Below, in pieces: positions 34,362 through 44,113 of a stretch of DNA of 64,000 nt. The notes below the pieces were generated by a model that saw only the letters and a program-made list of their open reading frames with translations, was not told where the DNA came from and ran no database searches. Origin of the DNA: an uncultured virus (IMG/VR IMGVR_UViG_3300037400_004847) (taxonomy: Duplodnaviria > Heunggongvirae > Uroviricota > Caudoviricetes). Positions within the stretch are counted from its first letter, which is position 1. Each line of letters starts with the position of its first letter. Both the position numbers and the translations under genes were made by a program. The DNA lies in the IMG/VR virus record IMGVR_UViG_3300037400_004847, one strand, 5' to 3'.

Positions 34362-35267
34362 ATGACTCAACTTGAAAAAATGCTTAAAAGACGTGAAGAA
34401 GAAAGGATAAAAAAGGAGGAAAAAGAACGCATAAAAGCCGAAAAAAAGGCTGAAAAAGAACGTCTTAAAAAAATAGAACATAAAAAGAAACTTAGAAAAA
34501 AACAGAATAAACGTGCATACAAGAAAAGGCGTGAAATCCAACTTGAAGAAAGGCGTAAAAACAATGATAAGTTTGCCTATTACATGATTGTTATAATGAA
34601 AAACAGAAAACGTGTTAAAAGAATCGGTACGACATGGTGGAAAACTGATGCATATAATATATACAATAATGCAATCGAAGAAAATGAATCTTCCGTTATA
34701 TGTCCGGTAGAAATACACGAAACAACAAACGGAGTATCTATTGATGGAAGTTCAACAATAGATATTAAATATGAGATAATGATTGTTGAAAAAATAGGAA
34801 AAGACGAAGACAAAATAAAAAAATTTAAAAACGAAGATGGTAAATTCATTGATAATGTAATTATTGACTCAGATTATAAGATTATTGCAAAACATAACTG
34901 GTTAGTGGAAGAAAAATTCAATGTATATGGCTTTCATCCAAAAAAACAAAGAAAAGATGCACATTATATATTAGAAGAAATGTTATTGAAAGATTCATGC
35001 CGCAACAACACTAAAAGGGTTTTTTTATATAATAACAAAGTAGTAATTCAATACGACACTGATTTCGACTTTATAACTTGTAAAACTGATAAAGAAGCCG
35101 AAAGGTTATATGATATTTTAGAAAAAAACGTTAAAAAACAGAAAAAAAATAAGTTTATCCTTTTTACAGACAAACTTAATAAAAATATGGCAACATGGTT
35201 TTTAAATGAAATGGAAAAGAAAACAGGTTGGTCAAGAGAGGCTTGTAAACGTATTCATGCCTTGTGA
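34362..35267 (+). CDS. Hypothetical protein with Lys/Glu/Arg-rich N-terminus
   Basis: 301 aa. Confidence 0.7.
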   Translation: MTQLEKMLKRREEERIKKEEKERIKAEKKAEKERLKKIEHKKKLRKKQNKRAYKKRREIQLEERRKNNDKFAYYMIVIMKNRKRVKRIGTTWWKTDAYNIYNNAIEENESSVICPVEIHETTNGVSIDGSSTIDIKYEIMIVEKIGKDEDKIKKFKNEDGKFIDNVIIDSDYKIIAKHNWLVEEKFNVYGFHPKKQRKDAHYILEEMLLKDSCRNNTKRVFLYNNKVVIQYDTDFDFITCKTDKEAERLYDILEKNVKKQKKNKFILFTDKLNKNMATWFLNEMEKKTGWSREACKRIHAL

Positions 35268-35268
35268 A

Positions 35269-35532
35269 CTATTCTGTTTCCTTTTTTTCATCTGAAATTA
35301 TCACGAAATCGATACCTAATATTTTGGCTCTGATTTCATCACTCGGTACAAAACCATCAGAATTTCCGTTTTGAGTAACATAAAGGTCATGGTCAAGCAC
35401 TTGCAATTCATCCAAAGGTAATTGGATTCCTATCGTAAATTTCCTTTTAAGGTCTGTTTTATATTTCTCCTGCAACATAAGCAGTGAGTTATCTATTCCA
35501 TTAGCTATCTCAAACAAATCTTCAATAATCAT
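35269..35532 (-). CDS. Hypothetical protein
   Basis: 87 aa, ATGA overlap. Confidence 0.65.
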   Translation of the reverse strand: MIIEDLFEIANGIDNSLLMLQEKYKTDLKRKFTIGIQLPLDELQVLDHDLYVTQNGNSDGFVPSDEIRAKILGIDFVIISDEKKETE

Positions 35533-35783
35533 TCTATTCCAAAAACTGTCTTTAATTTATTTTTAAAACTTTTCATAGATTCTGAAATTCTCATGCTAAC
35601 AGGTTTTTTTATCTTTACCGGCTGTGCGCCAAATTTAACACTATCTAACATTTCCTTACCGGTTCTACCATTCACCAACTCTTTGGCAAAAGTATTTTTA
35701 TAGTTTTCAACTTGTGCCTCAATAGTGATTTTATCATTATAGTTATTCACTAATTCTTTCTGTAATTCAAAATCTGTCATCAT
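35529..35783 (-). CDS. Hypothetical protein
   Basis: 84 aa, ATGA overlap. Confidence 0.65.
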   Translation of the reverse strand: MMTDFELQKELVNNYNDKITIEAQVENYKNTFAKELVNGRTGKEMLDSVKFGAQPVKIKKPVSMRISESMKSFKNKLKTVFGIE

Positions 35784-36166
35784 TCAACTACTTCATCTTC
35801 ATAAACAACATTTCCTGTTCTCTCCATCATTTCCTCTAACTGATGAATTAACCATACGACGGCACTTGTAAAGCCCATATCAAGTACCATTATAAACCAA
35901 AACGGTGCTACAGAACCTAATATAATGTTAAACGGCGTAAAAGCTACGGACGGCAATAATAAACTATTCACAAGGCTTAATGCTAGTCCTACCCACGTAG
36001 AGAAACACATCATACAGGTAAACAACTCACCGAACTGCTCTCCAATATTATGGGAAATCTCACGCCATTTTTCAAAAATGTGAAATGGACCATTCGCATA
36101 AACAATTAAATTTGATAAACCAAAAGAAAGCAATATATAACTTAAAAACGTAATAAATAACATCAT
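35780..36166 (-). CDS. DUF1360-like membrane protein
   Basis: TM helices; GPF.IF, ELFTCMMCFSTWVG. Confidence 0.55.
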   Translation of the reverse strand: MMLFITFLSYILLSFGLSNLIVYANGPFHIFEKWREISHNIGEQFGELFTCMMCFSTWVGLALSLVNSLLLPSVAFTPFNIILGSVAPFWFIMVLDMGFTSAVVWLIHQLEEMMERTGNVVYEDEVVE

Positions 36167-36167
36167 C

Positions 36168-36692
36168 TTATTTTTTTAATACTTCACTTATTTTAGTATC
36201 TATTTCAGAAACATTTTCTTCTTTTACTTCAGTATTTTCTACATTATAATTTGATTTGTCCTTATTTTCAAGTACATTATTGTTTATTATATCATCATTC
36301 TCTTTTATATTCTTTTCCTTTTTCATTTTTTCTTTCTTTTTCTTGACTTTAAATTCAAGTGTATTAAGAACATCTAACGATTCCTGTGCAAATATTTCTT
36401 GCAATTCTGCCATTTTGTTCCTAAATAATTCAACTTTCAACTCAAGTTCACGGTTATATTCAATAGTCTCGTCTATCGCCAAGAACAATTTATCAAGACT
36501 TATAGTAATAGGAGCAACGTAGTAATATATTGAATCATCATTTTCGTCACGATAAAAAGCAATATCATTATTATCAGGTTTAATAATTGACCATTCATCA
36601 TTATATTTTACTTTTATTACAAAATTACCATTTGCAACATTAAAATTAACATTATACTCCGATAATTCAATTAATTTTTCTTGTAAATCCAT
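36168..36692 (-). CDS. Hypothetical protein
   Basis: 174 aa. Confidence 0.7.
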   Translation of the reverse strand: MDLQEKLIELSEYNVNFNVANGNFVIKVKYNDEWSIIKPDNNDIAFYRDENDDSIYYYVAPITISLDKLFLAIDETIEYNRELELKVELFRNKMAELQEIFAQESLDVLNTLEFKVKKKKEKMKKEKNIKENDDIINNNVLENKDKSNYNVENTEVKEENVSEIDTKISEVLKK

Positions 36693-36704
36693 ACTTTTAA
36701 ATTA

Positions 36705-36887
36705 TTATATTCCACAAAAAATTATAGTTAAAATATAAGAAATAGATGCCCATGTAAAAAGCGTCCTTCTAATATCGCTTTCATATTTCTCGTTCTTAGC
36801 GAAACATAGCCCGAATCTAAAACATTCTCTTAATAAATTCAATATACTCATTATAAGTATAAAGACAAATATTTTTGTTAAAAACAT
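36705..36887 (-). CDS. Small two-TM membrane protein
   Basis: 60 aa, two hydrophobic segments. Confidence 0.55.
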   Translation of the reverse strand: MFLTKIFVFILIMSILNLLRECFRFGLCFAKNEKYESDIRRTLFTWASISYILTIIFCGI

Positions 36888-36953
36888 ATCAATCGATTAA
36901 TATATAGTATCATTATATAAAAAAAAGTGACTAAACTCAAGGTTTAGCCACAC

Positions 36954-38327
36954 TTAAATAAGTAAATTCCTCAATAAAAATGTTATTTCTTCATCATTTT
37001 GCCAATAATTAACATATATAACTTTAATTCCATTTTCATTACATAGTTTCTTTTTTATTCTATCACGTTCAATATTTTCTTGAAATTCTTCATTTATTTT
37101 TTCTTTGTCTTTCATCCCGAAACTAACAGGTTCAAAATGCTGTTTTCCCTGACATTCAATTGCTATATTATAATCTGGCAAATAAAAATCCAATTTAAGA
37201 TGCTTTTTATTAACAAGCCAATTAAAAGTATATTCACGTTTATAGCTTATTGCTAACTTTGTTAAAACATCTTCTGTTATTATTTCAAGATGTGATTTAC
37301 AGCATTTAGGACATCCGCACCCTTTTAAATGTGTATCTATTCTTTGCCAAAACTCACCATGTTCCTTCCCATTCTTATCTTTTTTATGGCATATAAAACA
37401 TATTTTATTTTTTGTTCCAGTATATTCTGTTTTAGAATAATCAATTTCATCAATACCAAACTTATTTTGAGATAATGAAATAACTGTGTCAGTATTAATG
37501 CGTGTTCTTTTTTGTGCAGTTTTTTCATATGCACATTTTCTACATCCTTGACCATATAAATGTAACAATGGTTCTTGCCAAAATTCTCTTCCGCATTTTT
37601 TACAGATTATACAAACCTTTGTTTTTGTATCTACATAATGTGTATTGCTATAATCATAATCGTCACCATGTATATTTTTTGCCTTTTCAATAAAATCATT
37701 GGTATTAAAAATAGTTTTTCGAGATAATAAACCACAGATAGGACAGCCTTTACCTTGATTAATATGTTTATTTGGTGTCATTTCAAATTCACCATGTACC
37801 GGACATATTATCTTCATTTTCTTATTAAAATTTCTATAACTTTCTTTAACATATTTAAAATTAAAATTATGTACATTATTAGCCCGTTCTTCCATATTTT
37901 CGAATGATATTGGTATACGTCCAGACTTGGAACATTTAGGACATCCATTAAATATCAAGTGATTACTTGCTCTTTGCGTCTGTATACCATGTATGGGGCA
38001 AATAAAATTAATCTTACCATTAATTGATGTGAAACTATCTTTCAAATAAACATATCGTCCATTAAATTTCTTATTTGCTTTTTTAACGAACTCATTAAAA
38101 CTATCTTGAATGTCTTTTTCTTTCCGACAAATAGGACAACAGCACTTACCTTCTTTTATTCTATCCAGGCGACATTCAAATTCACCGTGTTTCTCACAGT
38201 AAAGTGTTACTTTTGTCTTGGTTGAATTAATTTCACCAATAGAAACTAATTTCACATTTTTTAAATTGTCAAATACTATTTTTTTAATATCATTTTCAGT
38301 TATCTTTGGTTTCATAATAAAACTCAT
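36954..38327 (-). CDS. Putative homing endonuclease: repeated Zn-ribbon units plus Vsr/PD-(D/E)xK domain
   Basis: Five C..HG..F..H..GCP.C-type repeats; LKLDFYLPDYNIAIECQGKQHF, RDRIKK. Confidence 0.8.
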   Translation of the reverse strand: MSFIMKPKITENDIKKIVFDNLKNVKLVSIGEINSTKTKVTLYCEKHGEFECRLDRIKEGKCCCPICRKEKDIQDSFNEFVKKANKKFNGRYVYLKDSFTSINGKINFICPIHGIQTQRASNHLIFNGCPKCSKSGRIPISFENMEERANNVHNFNFKYVKESYRNFNKKMKIICPVHGEFEMTPNKHINQGKGCPICGLLSRKTIFNTNDFIEKAKNIHGDDYDYSNTHYVDTKTKVCIICKKCGREFWQEPLLHLYGQGCRKCAYEKTAQKRTRINTDTVISLSQNKFGIDEIDYSKTEYTGTKNKICFICHKKDKNGKEHGEFWQRIDTHLKGCGCPKCCKSHLEIITEDVLTKLAISYKREYTFNWLVNKKHLKLDFYLPDYNIAIECQGKQHFEPVSFGMKDKEKINEEFQENIERDRIKKKLCNENGIKVIYVNYWQNDEEITFLLRNLLI

Positions 38328-38374
38328 ATATTAATAAATATATCATAAAACCAAAAATAACTCCACAATTAAAA

Positions 38375-39019
38375 TCACTTTTTCTTTTTTAAATCAATAC
38401 CAACTGAAACACCGATTAAAAATTCACCCTTTTTTGTAAATGGGTTATATCCGATACTTACTGTCGGTCCAAACATCAATCTATCTTTAAATGTACGTTT
38501 TCTATGCCATGCATCAACCCCGGTTATTTCCACATTTGAAGAATGATTAATTGTGGTCTCATTCTCGTTTCCATCTGTACGATTTATTATCGTAAATTTA
38601 TCATTTATTTGCGCATCAACCTTACACCAATCAAGGTCTTTTGCTTTTATGTCTATATTAGTTTTAACGGTATCGTTATCGTGTGAATAATGATATATTG
38701 AATCGTCACTTACGACAAACTCAGTAACCTTTATGGTATCTGTCTTATATTTATATTTATACCTAATTTCAATTGCGCTTTCCGGTTCTTTATCACTTTT
38801 TTTCATAAGTGAGTCGTAAAGAGCCTTGCTTTTTTTCTCTAATTCAGAGATTTTTTGACTCTCATATATTTTTATATATGTATCTTCACGCTGAATATCC
38901 CGTTCTCTTTTAAGGTTTTTATTACCTATAAATACGACAAAACAAAGAAGCATCAGAAAACCGATAAGCACCCATTGAATTATGTCTATGAACCTTTGTT
39001 GTTTGTCCGTAAGTTTCAT
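38375..39019 (-). CDS. Membrane-anchored protein, possible spanin/lysis accessory
   Basis: N-terminal TM, coiled coil, C-terminal beta strands; follows the holin-like gene. Confidence 0.45.
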   Translation of the reverse strand: MKLTDKQQRFIDIIQWVLIGFLMLLCFVVFIGNKNLKRERDIQREDTYIKIYESQKISELEKKSKALYDSLMKKSDKEPESAIEIRYKYKYKTDTIKVTEFVVSDDSIYHYSHDNDTVKTNIDIKAKDLDWCKVDAQINDKFTIINRTDGNENETTINHSSNVEITGVDAWHRKRTFKDRLMFGPTVSIGYNPFTKKGEFLIGVSVGIDLKKKK

Positions 39020-39033
39020 TTTTATGTCCTCCT

Positions 39034-39732
39034 TTAATATTCACGTTTAGAATCAAGAAGTATTGACAACCTTTGCGCTGTTGATGTAAGGCAATTTTCT
39101 ATTTCCTTATCAGTAGGAGCAGTTTTTCCATTACAAAATGAAAAACCAAAATAACCAAGTTCGTTAGTTACTCCATTAAGTCCTATTATTGCAAAATAAG
39201 TAACATCATTTGATGCAAGTCTTGCAGCAAGTTTCTGGTCGACTCTACCTAATTCATCTATATTTCCATGCCACATATGGTTTTTCTCCAAATACATTGG
39301 GAAAGTAAACCTTGAAAGGTTAATCGATGTGTAATCTTCATCGACATGTGTAATGTTATTTCTTACTTCCTCATAAGTCATTTCACCATATATAAATGGC
39401 AAACCTGCGACATTATTAGTACCGTTATGCATTTCAAGAATAAACGCTCTGTCTGCATTTAATGCAGTCAATGCATCCTTAAGAAGGAAATCTATATTCG
39501 GCTTTATTGAACGTCTAACTTCTACAGCAGCATCATGTTCTACTTGCCTTAATTCGGTCTCTCTTGTGAAAGCGCCTGATACTATCTCAGGAAGATTCTG
39601 CACATTATACATTATATATAAAAAGCCTGCAAGAACAAGAGTGGCTTGGAATATTTTCCATAAACCATACTTATCCATCATTTTAATCATACGTTCCAAA
39701 AAACCAATATGTTCCATTTGTTCAATCTCCAT
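39034..39732 (-). CDS. Putative holin (single TM plus GAF-like domain, T4 T-like architecture)
   Basis: Amphipathic N-helix, TM, ADRAFILEMHNG..LGYFGFSF. Confidence 0.45.
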   Translation of the reverse strand: MEIEQMEHIGFLERMIKMMDKYGLWKIFQATLVLAGFLYIMYNVQNLPEIVSGAFTRETELRQVEHDAAVEVRRSIKPNIDFLLKDALTALNADRAFILEMHNGTNNVAGLPFIYGEMTYEEVRNNITHVDEDYTSINLSRFTFPMYLEKNHMWHGNIDELGRVDQKLAARLASNDVTYFAIIGLNGVTNELGYFGFSFCNGKTAPTDKEIENCLTSTAQRLSILLDSKREY

Positions 39733-39760
39733 CTCCGTCAGTTCCTACATTAAAAGCCGC

Positions 39761-40627
39761 TTATTCTTTAATACCATTCTTCTCCATGTCCTTAACACGG
39801 TCAATCATTTCTGACAGACTATTTGTCTCATTTTTTCTCGAAACACTGGTTGTACCACCCATATATGAAGAACTACTATAATCAAACAATTGTTTCATAC
39901 GTCCAAGTTGTTCATTAATTTGTTCTTTATTTGTCTTATTAACAACTGTCAATTTACCATGTTTAAAAGTACTATTATATGAACATTCCACAAGGTACTC
40001 AGTACCACTTGCATCTTTCATAATAAATTTTCCATCAGTTGTTTTAAACTCTTCAGGAACTTTCTTTAACATCTGTGCTTCACTCAAAAACACCGTATTC
40101 TTGAAATGTAAACGTTTCATTGTTTTATTCTCTTTAAATAATGTATCATTTTCAAAATTCTCTTTTGGTAATTCACGTGCTTTAAGACCGGCATGCCTAA
40201 TATCAGTTTGCAGGGCATTCACTTTTTCTGACTTCTTTTTTTGTGTATCATAGAAATCAGCATTACCATCAAAATCTAAGGACTTATTTTCTTCCTTAAT
40301 CTTACTGTTTTTCTCATTCTCAACAGATGGAAAACCATGAACCTGTGCCTTTACTCTTTCCTTATAAGCATCACCTGGTTCAGATGCAAAGTTAACGTCA
40401 AGAGTAGTTTTATTGAAGTCCTGCACATCTTCTTTGTTGGTATTCTTCTTTTTATCAGTAATACCACCGTCGAACTCCTTAGACTGTTTCATGATATCGT
40501 CCACTGCCTTCTCGTTGTTTTTTTTATCCTCACTTTCCACTTTATCACCAATACGAGGATTAAACTCATTGTGGCTTTCCATGAGAATATTATTTAATTC
40601 GCTGAACGTATATCTTTTTGATAACAT
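39761..40627 (-). CDS. Hypothetical protein (possible head-associated)
   Basis: 288 aa; LME/FKE/LSE/INE motifs; start uncertain. Confidence 0.65.
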   Translation of the reverse strand: MLSKRYTFSELNNILMESHNEFNPRIGDKVESEDKKNNEKAVDDIMKQSKEFDGGITDKKKNTNKEDVQDFNKTTLDVNFASEPGDAYKERVKAQVHGFPSVENEKNSKIKEENKSLDFDGNADFYDTQKKKSEKVNALQTDIRHAGLKARELPKENFENDTLFKENKTMKRLHFKNTVFLSEAQMLKKVPEEFKTTDGKFIMKDASGTEYLVECSYNSTFKHGKLTVVNKTNKEQINEQLGRMKQLFDYSSSSYMGGTTSVSRKNETNSLSEMIDRVKDMEKNGIKE

Positions 40628-40647
40628 TGTTTAAATTATTTAATTTT

Positions 40648-40842
40648 TTATAATATGCTTCCTGTTGAAAGTTTTAAACCCTCAATAAACTGTTTATAGA
40701 TTAATTTAAATTCTCTATTGTCATCACGTTCATCATCAGGTTTTTCTTGTTCAAGTTCCAACTCGCCGGCAATGTCTTTCAATCTCTCGATAACAGACGC
40801 ACGGCCATAGTCATAACTATTATATCTATAAATATTGTCCAT
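40648..40842 (-). CDS. Hypothetical protein
   Basis: 64 aa. Confidence 0.55.
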   Translation of the reverse strand: MDNIYRYNSYDYGRASVIERLKDIAGELELEQEKPDDERDDNREFKLIYKQFIEGLKLSTGSIL

Positions 40843-40853
40843 TCATAAAAAAA

Positions 40854-42056
40854 CTATATTCTATTTATCGAAACTGAACCTCCCACTCCATTCTTTCTTG
40901 CAAGTGTTTCTTTATCGCCACCGAAAGGTACGTCATATTCGTAATTCCCGACATTAGTTGTTGCAGTTGCCTCTTCAACTTCTATAGGCATTTGTCTCCG
41001 TTGAATCGGAAAAAGAGGTTGTAAAAACTGGCCTGAAGCATCCGATGAAGTAGCACCTTCACCTTCTTCATTTATCTCCATATTATGTTTTTTTTCTGGA
41101 AGGTTACGTTCAAATAAACGTATCCATAATTTTCTAAGTTTCCTATTGAAATTTTTCTTTGGAATCTTAAACTTCACCATCATTGTGGCCGTTTTAGGTT
41201 GCCCATTCTCATCCGTATCTGAAATTTTTTCATCACGCTCAATCATTCCGATACTCAGCATAAGTCTGATTAACCTTGAACGTGTAAGTCCATTCCTCAT
41301 TAAAAGAAAACCAGGTTTAGCATTCACTGGGTCGGCAAGCAAGTCTGAAAGAAACTTTCTTATATTATTATTGAATTTATATTCTGTCATTTCAAGTTCC
41401 TCATTCAATTGTCGAACCATATTTTCACTTATTACGATTATTTTAGATTCATTAAATGAAGAAACTATTTCAAAACTATTATATTCGTCATCTTTAAGTT
41501 TTAATCTTCCTCTTTGTAACGCAGCAACAACTTTGTCTGTTCCGATTTTTCTCAAATTGGCATATTTTTTAATTGCCTGCATAGCGTGAGTAATATACAT
41601 ATTAGTTTCATTCGGATATAATTTCCTAACCTGTTGTCCGAAATCCATCATTTTCTTTTCAGAATTTTGATATGTCTTACTAACTTGGTCATCGCTTTTT
41701 CTAAATATTTTCTGATTACGAGGCATATGTTGTCCTTTAGCTATTGGTTCTTTATCAGGATTATAACCGGTTATCTGTAACTTGCCATTAGCACCTCTCA
41801 CCATATCAATCTGACTGACATTACTTCCACTATACACCTGTGTTCTTCCGAATACTTTTCGTTTTTCGGTTAATTGCTGAATTACTTTGGACATTTCATC
41901 AGTATGACCACCGGTAAACAGATATACACATTCAAGAGCCTCCGTTAATGAAAAACTCTTCATGTTACGGTTAATCCAATCCCTTAATGCGAACACACTG
42001 CTTTTGTTACTTGCAGCATATTTTTTCAAATATCCCATTATAACATCATTCATCAA
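40854..42056 (-). CDS. Hypothetical protein (possible head-associated)
   Basis: 400 aa. Confidence 0.7.
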   Translation of the reverse strand: MMNDVIMGYLKKYAASNKSSVFALRDWINRNMKSFSLTEALECVYLFTGGHTDEMSKVIQQLTEKRKVFGRTQVYSGSNVSQIDMVRGANGKLQITGYNPDKEPIAKGQHMPRNQKIFRKSDDQVSKTYQNSEKKMMDFGQQVRKLYPNETNMYITHAMQAIKKYANLRKIGTDKVVAALQRGRLKLKDDEYNSFEIVSSFNESKIIVISENMVRQLNEELEMTEYKFNNNIRKFLSDLLADPVNAKPGFLLMRNGLTRSRLIRLMLSIGMIERDEKISDTDENGQPKTATMMVKFKIPKKNFNRKLRKLWIRLFERNLPEKKHNMEINEEGEGATSSDASGQFLQPLFPIQRRQMPIEVEEATATTNVGNYEYDVPFGGDKETLARKNGVGGSVSINRI

Positions 42057-42064
42057 TGTTCCTC

Positions 42065-42283
42065 CTATCTGTTTTTAATCGGATTTTTCCAGAAGCCATT
42101 CTTTCTCCACATTTCATGGAAGAAATCATCAATAACGTCAACTGCTATATTCCTTATTTGTTTTTTGAAATCCCTATCTTTGAGGTACGCAGACAATTTA
42201 TCATCTATCATACTTCTAACCTCTTGCTTAGATAATTCCTCATGAAGCATCGTTCTTATTTCATTGTCACTGATTGTCATCAT
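42065..42283 (-). CDS. Hypothetical protein
   Basis: Start moved to MMTISDNE, downstream of a TATTTAT motif. Confidence 0.6.
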   Translation of the reverse strand: MMTISDNEIRTMLHEELSKQEVRSMIDDKLSAYLKDRDFKKQIRNIAVDVIDDFFHEMWRKNGFWKNPIKNR

Positions 42284-42370
42284 AAAACACATATTTACCA
42301 TAAATATGGTATACAACAATAAAAAAGCCGCAATTACGCGGCCTTGTTTCAACATTGTTTTATTTTACTT

Positions 42371-42865
42371 TTATTGTTCATTTTTTAGACCCATCGGTTT
42401 AATATCTTCTGCACTTGCAAGGTCATTTTTCCAATTCTTAAACACCCCATTTATAATTGAAAGTTTCTTAATCGTTTCATCAGTCAACTGCAATGGTTCT
42501 GTCCATATATAACATCCATTACCGGAAGAATCCTTATATCTGAATTGAAATTTAGCATCATTCATATCACCAATAGTGCCACTTAACACAACATCACCAT
42601 CTTTCGGGTAATATAACATCGGTTTGTCAGATTGTGAAAAATCAGCACCAAACTGTGTCTTTGCTGTCTGTGTGATATTCGCCATCAATTCATCTTGCAT
42701 TGTATAAGGAACAGCATCATCCACACTCTCATCTTTGGAATCAACATTATCTGCATACTTTCCGTCATGTTCATTAAATTCTTTGAGTAACTTACCAACA
42801 TTACGGAAACTATCAATACTTTCCCTTATCTCTATGTAATCTTTATCCTTGCTCATATCTTTCAA
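42371..42865 (-). CDS. Hypothetical protein
   Basis: About 160 aa. Confidence 0.7.
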   Translation of the reverse strand: MKDMSKDKDYIEIRESIDSFRNVGKLLKEFNEHDGKYADNVDSKDESVDDAVPYTMQDELMANITQTAKTQFGADFSQSDKPMLYYPKDGDVVLSGTIGDMNDAKFQFRYKDSSGNGCYIWTEPLQLTDETIKKLSIINGVFKNWKNDLASAEDIKPMGLKNEQ

Positions 42866-42879
42866 TTAATATTTACTGA

Positions 42880-43362
42880 TTATTCATCATAAATAAGACC
42901 CATCCAATGATATCCGTAAGCCTCTTTCGTTGTCATACGTTTTCTCTTTGGTTCTTCTTGCTTTGCTTCTACGATAGGTTCGGTTTCCACCACCATTTCG
43001 ACAGCAATATCTTCCTCTTTGATTTCCTTTTCTAAAATTGTCTCTACTTTCTCCGGCTGTCCCTCAACTATTTCTATCTCTTCTCGTTCAGTTTCAATAA
43101 TTTCTTGAACTGGTGTTTCTTCTTTCAACGGTTCTTCTTCGACTTCCTCAGATTTAATCTCTTCGGTCGGTGTTTCTTCTATAATATTTTCCTGTTTTAC
43201 AGTTTCCAATTCATTAACATCTTCCTCGGTAAATGTCGTATTCTGTGCATCAGCAACAAATATATCTTTAAGACTTGTATCAACAGATGCTTTTACTTCC
43301 GTTTCTTCAGTCTGATTTGACTGCTTCTTATTTTTTTTAATTTCAGATTTCTTATTTGCCAT
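42880..43362 (-). CDS. Acidic low-complexity hypothetical protein
   Basis: Glu-rich middle; tail YGYHWMGLIYDE. Confidence 0.65.
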   Translation of the reverse strand: MANKKSEIKKNKKQSNQTEETEVKASVDTSLKDIFVADAQNTTFTEEDVNELETVKQENIIEETPTEEIKSEEVEEEPLKEETPVQEIIETEREEIEIVEGQPEKVETILEKEIKEEDIAVEMVVETEPIVEAKQEEPKRKRMTTKEAYGYHWMGLIYDE

Positions 43363-43387
43363 AATAGTCTACCTTATTATTATATAA

Positions 43388-44092
43388 TTAGCGTAATTCC
43401 TTAAAAGTGTAAAATTCATCTGATGCAAGGGCATTTACTTTGAGTTTAACCAACGCTTTATCCTTAATCTGTCTTACCCTCTCTTTCGTAAGTTCCATTT
43501 CCTGACCTATTTCATCAAGCGTCATTTCCTTACCATCATATAAACCGAAATATAATGAAAGTATTTTAATTTCACGTTTTTTAAGTGTTTTCATTAATTC
43601 GGTAATAGTAGCCTCCCTACTCTGAATATTATTCAGTTCTTCCTCAAATTCATTATTGACTAATTGAGAAGAAAATTCGTATTCTGTTGAATTACAATTA
43701 TCGAAAGTATATGTTTCAGCATTCACTTCCTCCGCATTTCCCAAATATCTATCAATACACTCCTGTATCGAATTTCTAATCCACCATACGGCATAGGAAA
43801 TGAATTTTACACCTTTTGTCTCATCAAATTTTTCTGCGGCCTTAATCAGTCCTATATTGCCTTCTGAAATCAAATCAGAAAATGGTACACCACTTTTTCT
43901 ATATTGTTTAGCGTAATTCACTACAAATTTCAAATTAGCATTAACTAATTTATCTAAAGCAGCCTTATCACCTTTCTTGATTTTTACTGCAAGTTCCTTT
44001 TCTTCCCTTGAAGATAATGGTCTATATTTTTTAATATCCTCGAAATAAGAATCAATTTCATCTAATTTTTCGAACTTTTGAGTCCTGTTCAT
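43388..44092 (-). CDS. Second RNA polymerase sigma70-family factor
   Basis: ANLKFVV, DLISEGNIGLIKAAEKFD, KFISYAVWWIR, MTLDEIG..LTKERVRQI. Confidence 0.93.
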   Translation of the reverse strand: MNRTQKFEKLDEIDSYFEDIKKYRPLSSREEKELAVKIKKGDKAALDKLVNANLKFVVNYAKQYRKSGVPFSDLISEGNIGLIKAAEKFDETKGVKFISYAVWWIRNSIQECIDRYLGNAEEVNAETYTFDNCNSTEYEFSSQLVNNEFEEELNNIQSREATITELMKTLKKREIKILSLYFGLYDGKEMTLDEIGQEMELTKERVRQIKDKALVKLKVNALASDEFYTFKELR

Positions 44093-44113
44093 TTAATCAC
44101 TACCCATATTCAT

